Positions 18,352 through 26,569 of a DNA stretch of 64,000 nt are shown in pieces. Positions within the stretch are counted from its first letter, which is position 1, and every line of letters begins with the position of its first letter. This DNA comes from Alphaproteobacteria bacterium. GTDB taxonomy: Bacteria; Pseudomonadota; Alphaproteobacteria; Bin95. A model generated the notes under the pieces. The model ran no database searches. It was not told the DNA's origin and was given only the letters and a program-made list of their open reading frames with translations. Location of the stretch: the NCBI GenBank assembly GCA_965205265.1, contig CBDBGH010000003.1, positions 2,560,001-2,624,000 on the forward strand. The letters run 5' to 3'. The translations under genes were made by a program, and so were the position numbers.

Positions 18352-18794
18352 CGCTCCGCTCTCCGGTCCGCGAGGATCGCCGCGAGCGCGGCCTCGACCC
18401 GGGCCGTCGCGTCGGGCGCGCCGGCGGCTACGGCGCGGGCCGGCAGCAGCACCAGGCGATGGCGCGCCGCCACCCGGTCGAGCGCCGCTTCCAGCGCCGC
18501 GCCCCAGGCGCGCACGTCCTCCGCACCCGCGCCTTCGCTTGCGGCGCGGGTGGTGTAGGCCGCCGTGATCTCGGCAAGCCGGACGCCGGCGACGCGCGGC
18601 GGCTCTTCCACTCCGTATCGGAGCGTTGCCGCCGCGACCGCAGCCGCAATCGCGCCAGAGAGCAGAACCGCCGAGACCATGACCGGCCAGCTCCCAGGCC
18701 CGTCCCCCCGGCTCGGGGGCCGGGGCAGGCTCCCCCGATCCGGGATCCGGCCCATGTCAGCCTTCGCCGGCATCAGATCCGTCCGGTCGGGCAA
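18348..18794 (-). CDS. trbI: TrbI F-type pilus protein
   Basis: One TM, VAGVRLAEIT, LVLLPARAVAAGAPDAT; position upstream of trhF/traW. Start uncertain. Confidence 0.75.
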   Translation of the reverse strand: MPDRTDLMPAKADMGRIPDRGSLPRPPSRGDGPGSWPVMVSAVLLSGAIAAAVAAATLRYGVEEPPRVAGVRLAEITAAYTTRAASEGAGAEDVRAWGAALEAALDRVAARHRLVLLPARAVAAGAPDATARVEAALAAILADRRAER

Positions 18795-19398
18795 CCGCCG
18801 CGATGCGCCGCTGCCGCTCCTCGTCCGGCCCGGCGAGCGCCCGGAAGCGGGCGAGCCAGCCCTCGGCCGCCTTGTCCGGCGGGACCGAGCGGATGCGCCG
18901 CTTCAGCGGCGGGAAGGCGACTCCGGCGCCCGTGGGCGCGTTTCCGTCGAGCAGGTCGCGGCTCTCGGCCGCCGCCGCCATGCGGGCCACGAACCGCAAC
19001 AGCTCGGCCGGCTCCTCGTCCAGCACCGCATCGAGGCCGGCGGCCTCGCGCACCGCCGACGCGATCGCCGTCGCGAACCGCCCGGCGCGTTCGGCGGCGC
19101 GCTGCGAGTCGGGCCAGCCGCCCCGCAGCCAGGCCGACGGCGCGTCCGCGACCAGCGCGTGCAGCGCCAGCCGCCGCCGGTCCTCGTCTTCGAGCCCGTC
19201 CAGCGCCTCGACTTCCTCCGACACAATCACCGCATGGGCCGCGACCGAGTGGTAGCCGCGCATGCAGCCGCCCCGGCGGCAGGTGTTGGCCAGCACATGG
19301 GCCAGCGCCTCGAAGTCGATATCGGCAGCCGTGACATTCTCCGGGTCTGCCAGCCAGGCGAGCGGGCGTTGCCCGCCTCCGGTTGGTTTCCGCGTCAT
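18757..19398 (-). CDS. YfdR/YfbR-like HD-domain protein with degenerate HD motif
   Basis: DIDFEALAHVLANTCRRGG..YHSVAAH...ALVADAPSAW resembles DIAHAL..CRF.GH..YSVAQH..ALLHDA.EAY. ATG overlaps the traC stop (ATGA). Confidence 0.75.
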   Translation of the reverse strand: MTRKPTGGGQRPLAWLADPENVTAADIDFEALAHVLANTCRRGGCMRGYHSVAAHAVIVSEEVEALDGLEDEDRRRLALHALVADAPSAWLRGGWPDSQRAAERAGRFATAIASAVREAAGLDAVLDEEPAELLRFVARMAAAAESRDLLDGNAPTGAGVAFPPLKRRIRSVPPDKAAEGWLARFRALAGPDEERQRRIAAVARPDGSDAGEG

Positions 19399-22028
19399 AC
19401 GGTGTCTCCAGGTTCGGTCGTTTCGGAATGGCCGGAAGCGGGAGGCGGTGCGGCTCCCGCGAGACGGGCGCCGTCCGCGAGGGGAGCGTCCCCCGCGAGC
19501 CGGTCGATGGCCTCGACCGTGGTGAGCCCCTCGGCCTTGAGCCGCTCGACCGCCGCGAAGGCGGGACCGCGCGACGAGAACAGCGCGACCGACCAGGCGT
19601 CGAGCACCAGGCGGGCGACCCGCCAGCCGTCGGGGCCGTGCAGCACCAGCTCGGCGTAGCGGCCATCGGCCGTGGTCAGGCTCTTCAAGGCCCGCTCCAT
19701 GCCGGGATCGCAGTGGATGCGCTTCTCGGATTTCAGCAGCTCGACCGACTCGTCCTTCTGGGCGAGGAAGATCACCCAGTCCGAGTTCTCCCAGGCGGCC
19801 CTGGCGGCCGGGTTGGCGTAGTAGTCGTTGACCGACTGCGTGCCGGTGACGAGGGCGCCGCGGTATTTGCGGGCGCGCCGGGCGGCGCCTTCGAGGAACG
19901 CCTTCGAGTCCTCGCCGGAGAGCAGGTCCCAGGCCTCGTCGATGACGATCGCCTTCGCCCGCGTGCGCGGGCCGTGATACATGCGCTGGGTCGCCAGGAA
20001 GACCACCAGCATCAGCACCACCGCCTGGACGTCGCCCCTTCCCTTGAGCTCGGCGAGCTCGAACACGGTGAGCGCGTTCTCCAGGTCGGGCACGTTCGAG
20101 CCCGCGAACAGCCGGCCCATGGCGCCGCCGGGACACCAGGGGCCAAGCGAGGTCGCCATGTCGGCGGCGCGGCGGTCGTCGCGCTTCGAGAGGTGGCCCC
20201 GCACCGTGCCGAGGTCGGCGTCGTTGCCGGCCTCGTCCCAGGCCGCCGCGATCGCCTCGGCAATCAGCGCCGCCTCGATGTCGTCGATCGAGCCCCGCCG
20301 CCGCGCCATGCGGCCGATGACGCCGGCCAGCATGGCGAAGCACTCCTCGCGGTAGTCGCCGTCATGCGCCGCCGTGCCTGAGTCGATCATGGCGAAGGGG
20401 TTGAGGCAGGCCGGGTCCTTGCCGAAGGCGATGAACGCCCCCTCCAGCGCTTCGGCGGTGTGCTGGAAGGACCGCCCGTCGTCGATCACCACGGCCTCGC
20501 CGCCGGCGCCGATCAGCCCGGTCACCAGTTCCTGCATCAGCACCGACTTGCCCGAGCCGGACTTGCCGGTGACGGCGACGTTGTAGTTGCCGGCCTCGTT
20601 GGCGAAGGGCGACCAGCAGGCCGGCTGGCCCCGGCGCCCGATCAGGAACAGCGCCGGCGGGTTGTCCGGATTCGCCGGCTGCCCGCGCCACTCGCCATGC
20701 AGGGGGCTGAGGTTGACGGCCGAGGAGGTCAGCAGCGTCTTCATCCGGCCCATGCGTTCGAGGTCGGCGTCGAGACCGCCGGCCGAGGCCATCGGCAGGC
20801 AGGCCAGCCAGGAGGGCAGTTGCATGTAGCGCTCCGCGTTCACCCGCCAGCCCTGGCCGTGATAGATGGCGCGCACCGCCTGCTCGGCCTCGTCGAGCGC
20901 ATCGAGCGGGGCGTAGACGGCGGCCATGTAGCAGGCGCGGACCAGCCGCTCGCCGTCCTTCAGCCGTTCGGTCACCGTCTGCCAGTCGCGCGCCTTCTCG
21001 GGCAGGCCCGGGAGATAGCGCGCGATGCCGGTGCCGGCCTGCTGGGTCGCGCGGGCGGACTTGAGGAACGCCTTCTCGCCCGCCGCTTCGTCGCCGGTCA
21101 TGACGGTGAGGCAGGTCAGCACCGGGCAGCCGGGTTGCAGAAAATCGCGGTGGAAGTCGCCGATCAGCGCGTTGCCGCGCCAGCCCGGCCACACCTCCGG
21201 GAAGGCGATGGCCGAGAGCACGCGCACGGCGATATCCCCGGAGCCGCTGTCGCGGCCGCCGTCGGGGTGGTGGAAGGTGAGGCCGGTGGGATGGACGGTG
21301 AGCGCGCGGCCGGGCGCGGCGCATTGTTCGTGGAGGGGATCCCGCGGTGCCCAGCGCCGCGGCGGGCGCTCGGTGCCACCGTCGCGATACCCGGTAATAT
21401 CCGGCGCGGCGAGCTCGGCCGCGAGCGAGAGCAGGCCGTCCGGCTCCAGCCGCCGGGTCCGCGCCCCGGCGGAAGCCAATGTTCCTTCGAGCGCGCGGCG
21501 GAAGGCGCCCAGCGCGGTCTCCGCGGCGGGGCCGGGCGGTCCCGCCAGGCAGGCGGTGACGAACACCCGGTAGTCCGACAGCGTGAAGGGCGGCCCGCCC
21601 GCATGCAGCCGGCGCCAGCCGCCGGGCGCCAGCAGGTCGCGGCGGCGCGAACCCATCCGGGCAAGCGCCCCGTCGGTCTCCCTGCGATCTGCCCTGGACC
21701 CGATCCGGGGTTCCGCCCAGCTCCTGGCCGCCGCGCCGAAGCGCGGGCTCGCCCAGTGGATCACCTGCGCCGTGCAGCGCTCGGGCGCGGCGTCCGCCAG
21801 CGTGCCGGCAAGCGCACCCAGGGTCTCGGCGTCGATCCCCGCGAAGGGCGGCAGCTCCACGACGAACCCGGTGCTGGCCGCGTTGACGTAGAGCTCGCTC
21901 GATTCGTCCCAGGCGCGCCAGGGCAGCAGCGCATGGAGTGCGGCCGGCACCGCCGGCGGCGTCCACGCGCCCGGCGCCTCCGGCCCCTCGAAGAGCTCCA
22001 GCAGCCGGCCGAGCGCGCCCGACGCCAT
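19395..22028 (-). CDS. traC: TraC (VirB4-like ATPase)
   Basis: NYNVAVTGKSGSGKS, IDDGRSF, IDEAWDLL, RRARKYRG, TQSVNDYY. Confidence 0.97.
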   Translation of the reverse strand: MASGALGRLLELFEGPEAPGAWTPPAVPAALHALLPWRAWDESSELYVNAASTGFVVELPPFAGIDAETLGALAGTLADAAPERCTAQVIHWASPRFGAAARSWAEPRIGSRADRRETDGALARMGSRRRDLLAPGGWRRLHAGGPPFTLSDYRVFVTACLAGPPGPAAETALGAFRRALEGTLASAGARTRRLEPDGLLSLAAELAAPDITGYRDGGTERPPRRWAPRDPLHEQCAAPGRALTVHPTGLTFHHPDGGRDSGSGDIAVRVLSAIAFPEVWPGWRGNALIGDFHRDFLQPGCPVLTCLTVMTGDEAAGEKAFLKSARATQQAGTGIARYLPGLPEKARDWQTVTERLKDGERLVRACYMAAVYAPLDALDEAEQAVRAIYHGQGWRVNAERYMQLPSWLACLPMASAGGLDADLERMGRMKTLLTSSAVNLSPLHGEWRGQPANPDNPPALFLIGRRGQPACWSPFANEAGNYNVAVTGKSGSGKSVLMQELVTGLIGAGGEAVVIDDGRSFQHTAEALEGAFIAFGKDPACLNPFAMIDSGTAAHDGDYREECFAMLAGVIGRMARRRGSIDDIEAALIAEAIAAAWDEAGNDADLGTVRGHLSKRDDRRAADMATSLGPWCPGGAMGRLFAGSNVPDLENALTVFELAELKGRGDVQAVVLMLVVFLATQRMYHGPRTRAKAIVIDEAWDLLSGEDSKAFLEGAARRARKYRGALVTGTQSVNDYYANPAARAAWENSDWVIFLAQKDESVELLKSEKRIHCDPGMERALKSLTTADGRYAELVLHGPDGWRVARLVLDAWSVALFSSRGPAFAAVERLKAEGLTTVEAIDRLAGDAPLADGARLAGAAPPPASGHSETTEPGDTV

Positions 22029-22711
22029 CAGCGGAGCCTCCAGCCGGCGGGCTCCAGCACGACCCGGACGTGGCTGGCCTCGCGGTAGACGCCTTCGGCA
22101 TCGACGAAGGGCGCGATCCAGATGCGCGCGACGATCTCGTCGGTGCGCAGATCGTCCTCGGCGAGGTCGCCCGCGACGGGATCGTCCTGCTCCGGGTCGG
22201 GATCGGCCGGGAGGGCGCCGGCCGGATTCTCGGACCGGGACTTCTGCTTCCCGGGGAACTGCATGGACGTCGCCGCATCGGCGTCTCGAACCGCACTCCC
22301 GGAGGCCGAACGGCGCTCCTCCGGGGAACCCGCCGGTGCCGCCGCGGTCGTGTCCGACCCGGCGCCGTCGTCGTCATCCGCGCCATCGGCTCCGCCGAAC
22401 AGCCGTGCGAGCCAGCCGAAGGGATCGAACCCGGCGCCGCACGTCGCCGCGCAACCCGGCTCAGGTGGCGTCTCTGCCGCGGTGGCCCGCACCCGCCAGA
22501 GCGGCTCCTTCAGGACCGCGTTCCGGGCCGCGTCCGGGTCCGGCACCGCCGGATCGGCCGCCGCCACGCTGTCGCAGGTGCCGCCTTCTGCCAGCGGGCA
22601 CTGCCAGGATTCGCCGACATGCCCCGACGAGCAGCCGGCCAGCAGGAGCGCGGCGAACATTGCAACCGGGAGCGGCGCAGTGCGCCGGGCGCGTTTCGTG
22701 TCATGCGTCAT
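22028..22711 (-). CDS. traV: TraV lipoprotein
   Basis: Lipobox LLAGC, WQCPLAEGGTC, RT...RIWIAPFVDAEG; contains a long low-complexity insert. Confidence 0.92.
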   Translation of the reverse strand: MTHDTKRARRTAPLPVAMFAALLLAGCSSGHVGESWQCPLAEGGTCDSVAAADPAVPDPDAARNAVLKEPLWRVRATAAETPPEPGCAATCGAGFDPFGWLARLFGGADGADDDDGAGSDTTAAAPAGSPEERRSASGSAVRDADAATSMQFPGKQKSRSENPAGALPADPDPEQDDPVAGDLAEDDLRTDEIVARIWIAPFVDAEGVYREASHVRVVLEPAGWRLR

Positions 22712-22712
22712 G

Positions 22713-24026
22713 TCACTGTCCTTTCTGCGCGGTGCGGACCGGCGCGCGACCGTCGATGCGGGCGCCTTCGAGGAACACCAGCGTCACCTTCGTGCCGGCC
22801 TGGAGCTGGATCACCGGCTGGTACTGCTCGGCCCGGCGGATCATGTAGTCGGCGACCTTCTGACCGGCGGTCGACGCACCCGCCCCGAGGCCGGCCCGGC
22901 CAATGTCGGAGAGCGCGGTGTTGGCGACCGCGGCGCCCGAACCGGTCGCGACCGCCTGGGGCTGGAACGCCTGCGCGACGCCCTGGCCGATGCCGGAGAT
23001 CATGCCGGCGAGGAACGCCTTCTCGACCAGCGCGCCTTCGCGGCTCACCACCGGACCGCGCACGCCGGTCTTGCCGGAACCGGCGACGAAGCCCGCGACG
23101 TCGGTCTCGATCACCGTGCCGGACTCCGGTCCGGCGCAGGTCATGGTGCGGAAGCGGACATAGACCTTCTCCGAAGAGAGGTCGCCATGGGCGGCGCCCG
23201 TGACGGTGCAGCCGTCGACGTCGACAGCCAAGGCGGTCCCCTCCTCGGCCGCCGTCCAGGCGGGTCCCGTGATGCGCAGCAGCACCGGGCGGGGATCGCC
23301 CTGGGACGAGACCCCGGCCGAGGCGTCGACGCCCGCCAGCACCACGGCCTCGGCGTGGGCGCCCGCCGGCAGCCACACCGAGACCGGCTTGGCGACGGCG
23401 TCGGCGACCAGCTCCGGTCCGCTGCGGGGATCGGCCAACGACGATTGCGGCGCACCTTCCAGCTCGAAGGTCTCGATCATGCGTCCCGGCAGGGCCTGCC
23501 CCGGCCCCCGAGCCGGGGGCGCCTCCGGTTGCGCCTGTCCCCGGAACCAGGGGTCGTTCCCCGGCGCAGCGCCTGCCGCATTGCCCGGGGAGGCGGGCGG
23601 CTGGAGCCGGCGCTCCAGCTCGTCGATCACGGCCGCCTGGCGGTCGATCGTGCGGCGCGCGTCGACGCCGTCCTGCTCCAGCTTCGCGCGCAGCCGCTCG
23701 TTGTCGGCGCGCAGCGTCCGCGCGTCCTGCCGCAGCTCGCGAAGCTGCGTCTCGATCCCGCCGAGCCGGGCCTCGGAGCGCCGGGTCCAGACCTGCTCGG
23801 CGGCGTCCGGCCCGGCGATCTCCGCCTCGATGCCGCCCTGCGGCGCGCGCTCCTTGCCGCCGCCCATGCCGAGCCACGCGGCCACCGCGACCAGGAACAC
23901 CGCCCCAATGACCGAAAACAGCAACAGCTGGCGCCGCCGCACCGCCCCGGCGTCGCCGCCCGCCCCGGCCCACGACCTGTCCGGGCCCCCGGGCCGGGAG
24001 CCGGAGGCGTCCGCACGGGCGCTCAT
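22713..24026 (-). CDS. traB: TraB (VirB10-like)
   Basis: TM plus coiled coil, LPAG..A.VLAGVDA, GDLSSEKV, GVRGPVVSREG, AEQYQPVI. Confidence 0.95.
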   Translation of the reverse strand: MSARADASGSRPGGPDRSWAGAGGDAGAVRRRQLLLFSVIGAVFLVAVAAWLGMGGGKERAPQGGIEAEIAGPDAAEQVWTRRSEARLGGIETQLRELRQDARTLRADNERLRAKLEQDGVDARRTIDRQAAVIDELERRLQPPASPGNAAGAAPGNDPWFRGQAQPEAPPARGPGQALPGRMIETFELEGAPQSSLADPRSGPELVADAVAKPVSVWLPAGAHAEAVVLAGVDASAGVSSQGDPRPVLLRITGPAWTAAEEGTALAVDVDGCTVTGAAHGDLSSEKVYVRFRTMTCAGPESGTVIETDVAGFVAGSGKTGVRGPVVSREGALVEKAFLAGMISGIGQGVAQAFQPQAVATGSGAAVANTALSDIGRAGLGAGASTAGQKVADYMIRRAEQYQPVIQLQAGTKVTLVFLEGARIDGRAPVRTAQKGQ

Positions 24027-24817
24027 CGCGGCTCTCCCGCGGCGCTTTCCACGACCGCCACCGCGAGCCGTCCGCCCGACGGGCCGGTGCCGGGCGGCGC
24101 CAGCCACAGGGCGGCGAGACGGGCGCCGTCTCCGATGCGCCCGGCGTCCAGGGTCTCTTCGATGGTCCCGGCGAGGCCCGCGGCTGTGTCCGCATCTTCC
24201 GATGCCGAACCGGCGGCCTCGAAGACGAGCGCCGCGAAGCGCGGGCCCCGCCAGGTCTCGATGAGTGTCAAGCCGCCGACGGACAGGCCGTGCCGGGCCT
24301 CGATGCCGTAGCCGGGCAGCGGCTCGCGCCGGGCGACGGCGCGCACCAGCCGCACCAGCGCCGCGACGTGAGGACTGCCGGCGGCGGACGGCGACCCGAT
24401 GGCGCTGTCCGGCAGGGCCCCGGCGTTGCGGATCAGGATCTGCGCCGAGTCCCGGTCCGCCGGCGTCAGCGTCAGCCGGTAGGTGAACCCCTTCTCCGTG
24501 CCGATGAACAGGGTGACGGGATCCCCCGCCGCGTGTCCTGCCGCCGCCGGAACCGAGGGCCGCAGATAGAGGTCGCCCGACCGGGCGTCGTGCTCGACCG
24601 AGAAGCCGTCCGGCGCGCGAACCACCGTCGCGATCCGGTCGCCGGCCAGCGCGATGCGGTTCACATGCGTCGCGGAGATCTCCGCCGCGATCTCGCCATG
24701 GTCGGCCGCGTCGAGGATCTGCATCGCCAGCGCCGGAGCCGGCGCCGCGAGGCCGCCCAGGACCAGAATGTGCAGGGCAAGCAGCATCGCGCGCGGGCGC
24801 GATCCGATAATCGTCAT
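24023..24817 (-). CDS. traK: TraK (secretin-like)
   Basis: Signal peptide, ISATHVNRIALAGDRI, GDLYLRP, TLFIGTEKGFTY. Confidence 0.92.
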   Translation of the reverse strand: MTIIGSRPRAMLLALHILVLGGLAAPAPALAMQILDAADHGEIAAEISATHVNRIALAGDRIATVVRAPDGFSVEHDARSGDLYLRPSVPAAAGHAAGDPVTLFIGTEKGFTYRLTLTPADRDSAQILIRNAGALPDSAIGSPSAAGSPHVAALVRLVRAVARREPLPGYGIEARHGLSVGGLTLIETWRGPRFAALVFEAAGSASEDADTAAGLAGTIEETLDAGRIGDGARLAALWLAPPGTGPSGGRLAVAVVESAAGEPR

Positions 24818-25386
24818 TTTCCACTCTCCAGTTGTTCGAAGCGCAGGAGACCGATGCGCCCGGCGTCGATCCGGAAGACCAGCCGGTAGCGCCGGTCCTC
24901 GCGCGAGGACTCCTCGCGGCCGATCCAGGTCACGAGCTCACCCGCGATCTCGGCGCTGAGCCGCCCGGGGTCGGCCTCGATCTCCAGGGGGTAGAAGGCG
25001 CTCGCCATGTCGCGCCCGGCCAGGCGCGCGGCCTCGGCCTCGACCCAGGCGCCGATCGCGCCGCGCGCCGAGGCGTGGGCGAGACGCGCCGCCGCGAGGC
25101 GGACATGGGCCGCGTTCTCCGGGGTCAGCGTGAGCAGCGTCACCGCGACGGTGCGCGCCATGTCTTCGAGATACCGGGCGCCTGCCCGGTCGATGCCGAC
25201 TCCGCCGGCGCCCACTTCCCAGGCCGGACCGGCCGCCGCCGGCACCAGCACGGTGACGGTCTCGCGCCCGGCGAAGCTCATGGTGAGCGCCAGGTTCGCG
25301 GTCATCGACAGCACCAGCAGCGCCGCCAGGGCGAGGCGGACGTCCCGCACCCGGCGGATGGCGGAGTCCAGTTCGATGCGCTTCAT
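24814..25386 (-). CDS. traE: TraE
   Basis: N-terminal TM, TVLVP, YLEDMA, LTLTPEN; between traL and traK. Confidence 0.9.
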   Translation of the reverse strand: MKRIELDSAIRRVRDVRLALAALLVLSMTANLALTMSFAGRETVTVLVPAAAGPAWEVGAGGVGIDRAGARYLEDMARTVAVTLLTLTPENAAHVRLAAARLAHASARGAIGAWVEAEAARLAGRDMASAFYPLEIEADPGRLSAEIAGELVTWIGREESSREDRRYRLVFRIDAGRIGLLRFEQLESGK

Positions 25387-25396
25387 GCCACCCCCC

Positions 25397-25690
25397 TCAG
25401 CCGACGAAGCGCCGGAGGTGGCTCGGCGGCGTCGCCCTGAGCCGCAGCACGAAGTCCGGCAGGAACCAGTAGAGGGCGTAGCGCGCGATGTTGGCCCCGC
25501 CGCCGCGCTTGACCCGGCGCAGCAGCAGCCAGCCGCCGACGCCGGCAACGAGGCCGGGCACGAACTGGTTGGCCGCGAGTCCGAGCAGGGCCGGGCCCAT
25601 CAACGCGGCCGCCTCGTCGACGGTCCAGAACATCCAGCGCTCCGGATCGTCGAGCCGGCGCGGGATGGTGTGGCGGGCGGTGTCGTTCAT
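25397..25690 (-). CDS. traL: TraL
   Basis: IPRRLDDPERWMFWTVDE, YWFLP, TPPSHLRRFVG. Confidence 0.95.
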   Translation of the reverse strand: MNDTARHTIPRRLDDPERWMFWTVDEAAALMGPALLGLAANQFVPGLVAGVGGWLLLRRVKRGGGANIARYALYWFLPDFVLRLRATPPSHLRRFVG

Positions 25691-25707
25691 GGCTGCCGAC
25701 CTTCGGC

Positions 25708-26247
25708 TCAGACGATCGCCGTGCCGACGAGGCCGGTGACGATGCCGGTGCCGGCGCCCGCCGCGATGCCGACGCCGACCGCGCCCATGAGCTGCATCGC
25801 ATTGAAGCGCAGCACCGAGCCGACCAGTGCGGCGCCCACGGCGAGCGCGGCGGCGAGCTGGCCGCCGGTGCCGCCGACGATCCCTTCCACCGTGTCGAGC
25901 GGATCGTCGAACGTGGTGTCGGTGGTCGCGAACGCGGCGTCCGGTCCCGCGAGCAGCAGCGCGACGCCGAGCGCCGCCACCGCCGCGCAGCGCAGCGCGG
26001 GACCGAGGCCATCCCCCGGTCCGGGGCCTGCCCCGGATTCCGGCCCGGGGTCCACGGTCGAGTTGCGCTCGCGCTTCGCCGCCCACTCGTCGAGATGCTC
26101 GCGCCGGTAGCGCACCCGGCCGCCGAAGCGGTTGAACACCGGGCCCTCGCCGGTCACCCGGTAGCGTTTCAGGGTGCGGTGCGACAGCCGCAGATAGCGG
26201 GCCGCCTCGACCGTCGTGAAAAATATCTGTTCGTCGGCCACCGTCAT
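25708..26247 (-). CDS. traA: Fusion of an RdfS/excisionase-like HTH (aa ~1-68) to TraA propilin
   Basis: N-terminal TTVEAARYLRLSHRTLKRYRVTGEGPVFNRFGGRVRY...LDEW...STVDPG; then a signal-like h-region ending AFA; then TTDTTFDD...GG.GGQL with two hydrophobic helices. AAGGAG RBS; immediately upstream of traL. Confidence 0.85.
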   Translation of the reverse strand: MTVADEQIFFTTVEAARYLRLSHRTLKRYRVTGEGPVFNRFGGRVRYRREHLDEWAAKRERNSTVDPGPESGAGPGPGDGLGPALRCAAVAALGVALLLAGPDAAFATTDTTFDDPLDTVEGIVGGTGGQLAAALAVGAALVGSVLRFNAMQLMGAVGVGIAAGAGTGIVTGLVGTAIV

Positions 26248-26313
26248 TCTCCTTCGTCTCCGCCTGCCCCGGACGCCGATCCAGGACGCCGCGCTCTGCG
26301 GCCCGGTCCGCGA

Positions 26314-26370
26314 TTGAAACGGCGCGCCCGGCCCGCCGTAAGGGTCGATTTGCGAGTCGCAAAACCGACC
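26314..26370 (-). promoter_or_regulatory. Candidate activator box and promoter of the rdfS-traA/tra operon
   Basis: GGTCGG-N16-TCGACC (26343-26370) enclosing the perfect palindrome TTTGCGA-N-TCGCAAA, followed on the minus strand by CTTACG-N18-TTCAAT. Confidence 0.5.
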
Positions 26371-26569
26371 TCCCCAGGCGGTGCCTCACGGTGCCCTGCG
26401 GTGCCGGGAGGGCGATCGCCCGAGGACCGGCAGATCGCCCCGGACCGGTTCCGGGGACCGGGACAGGCGCGCCGGCACGCCGGCCGCAATGTTTCGGACG
26501 GGCGCGCGGGCAGCGGATTCGGGAACGGGGGAGCGGTTCGGGACCGCCTCGCGGAAACGCCGGACCGCG

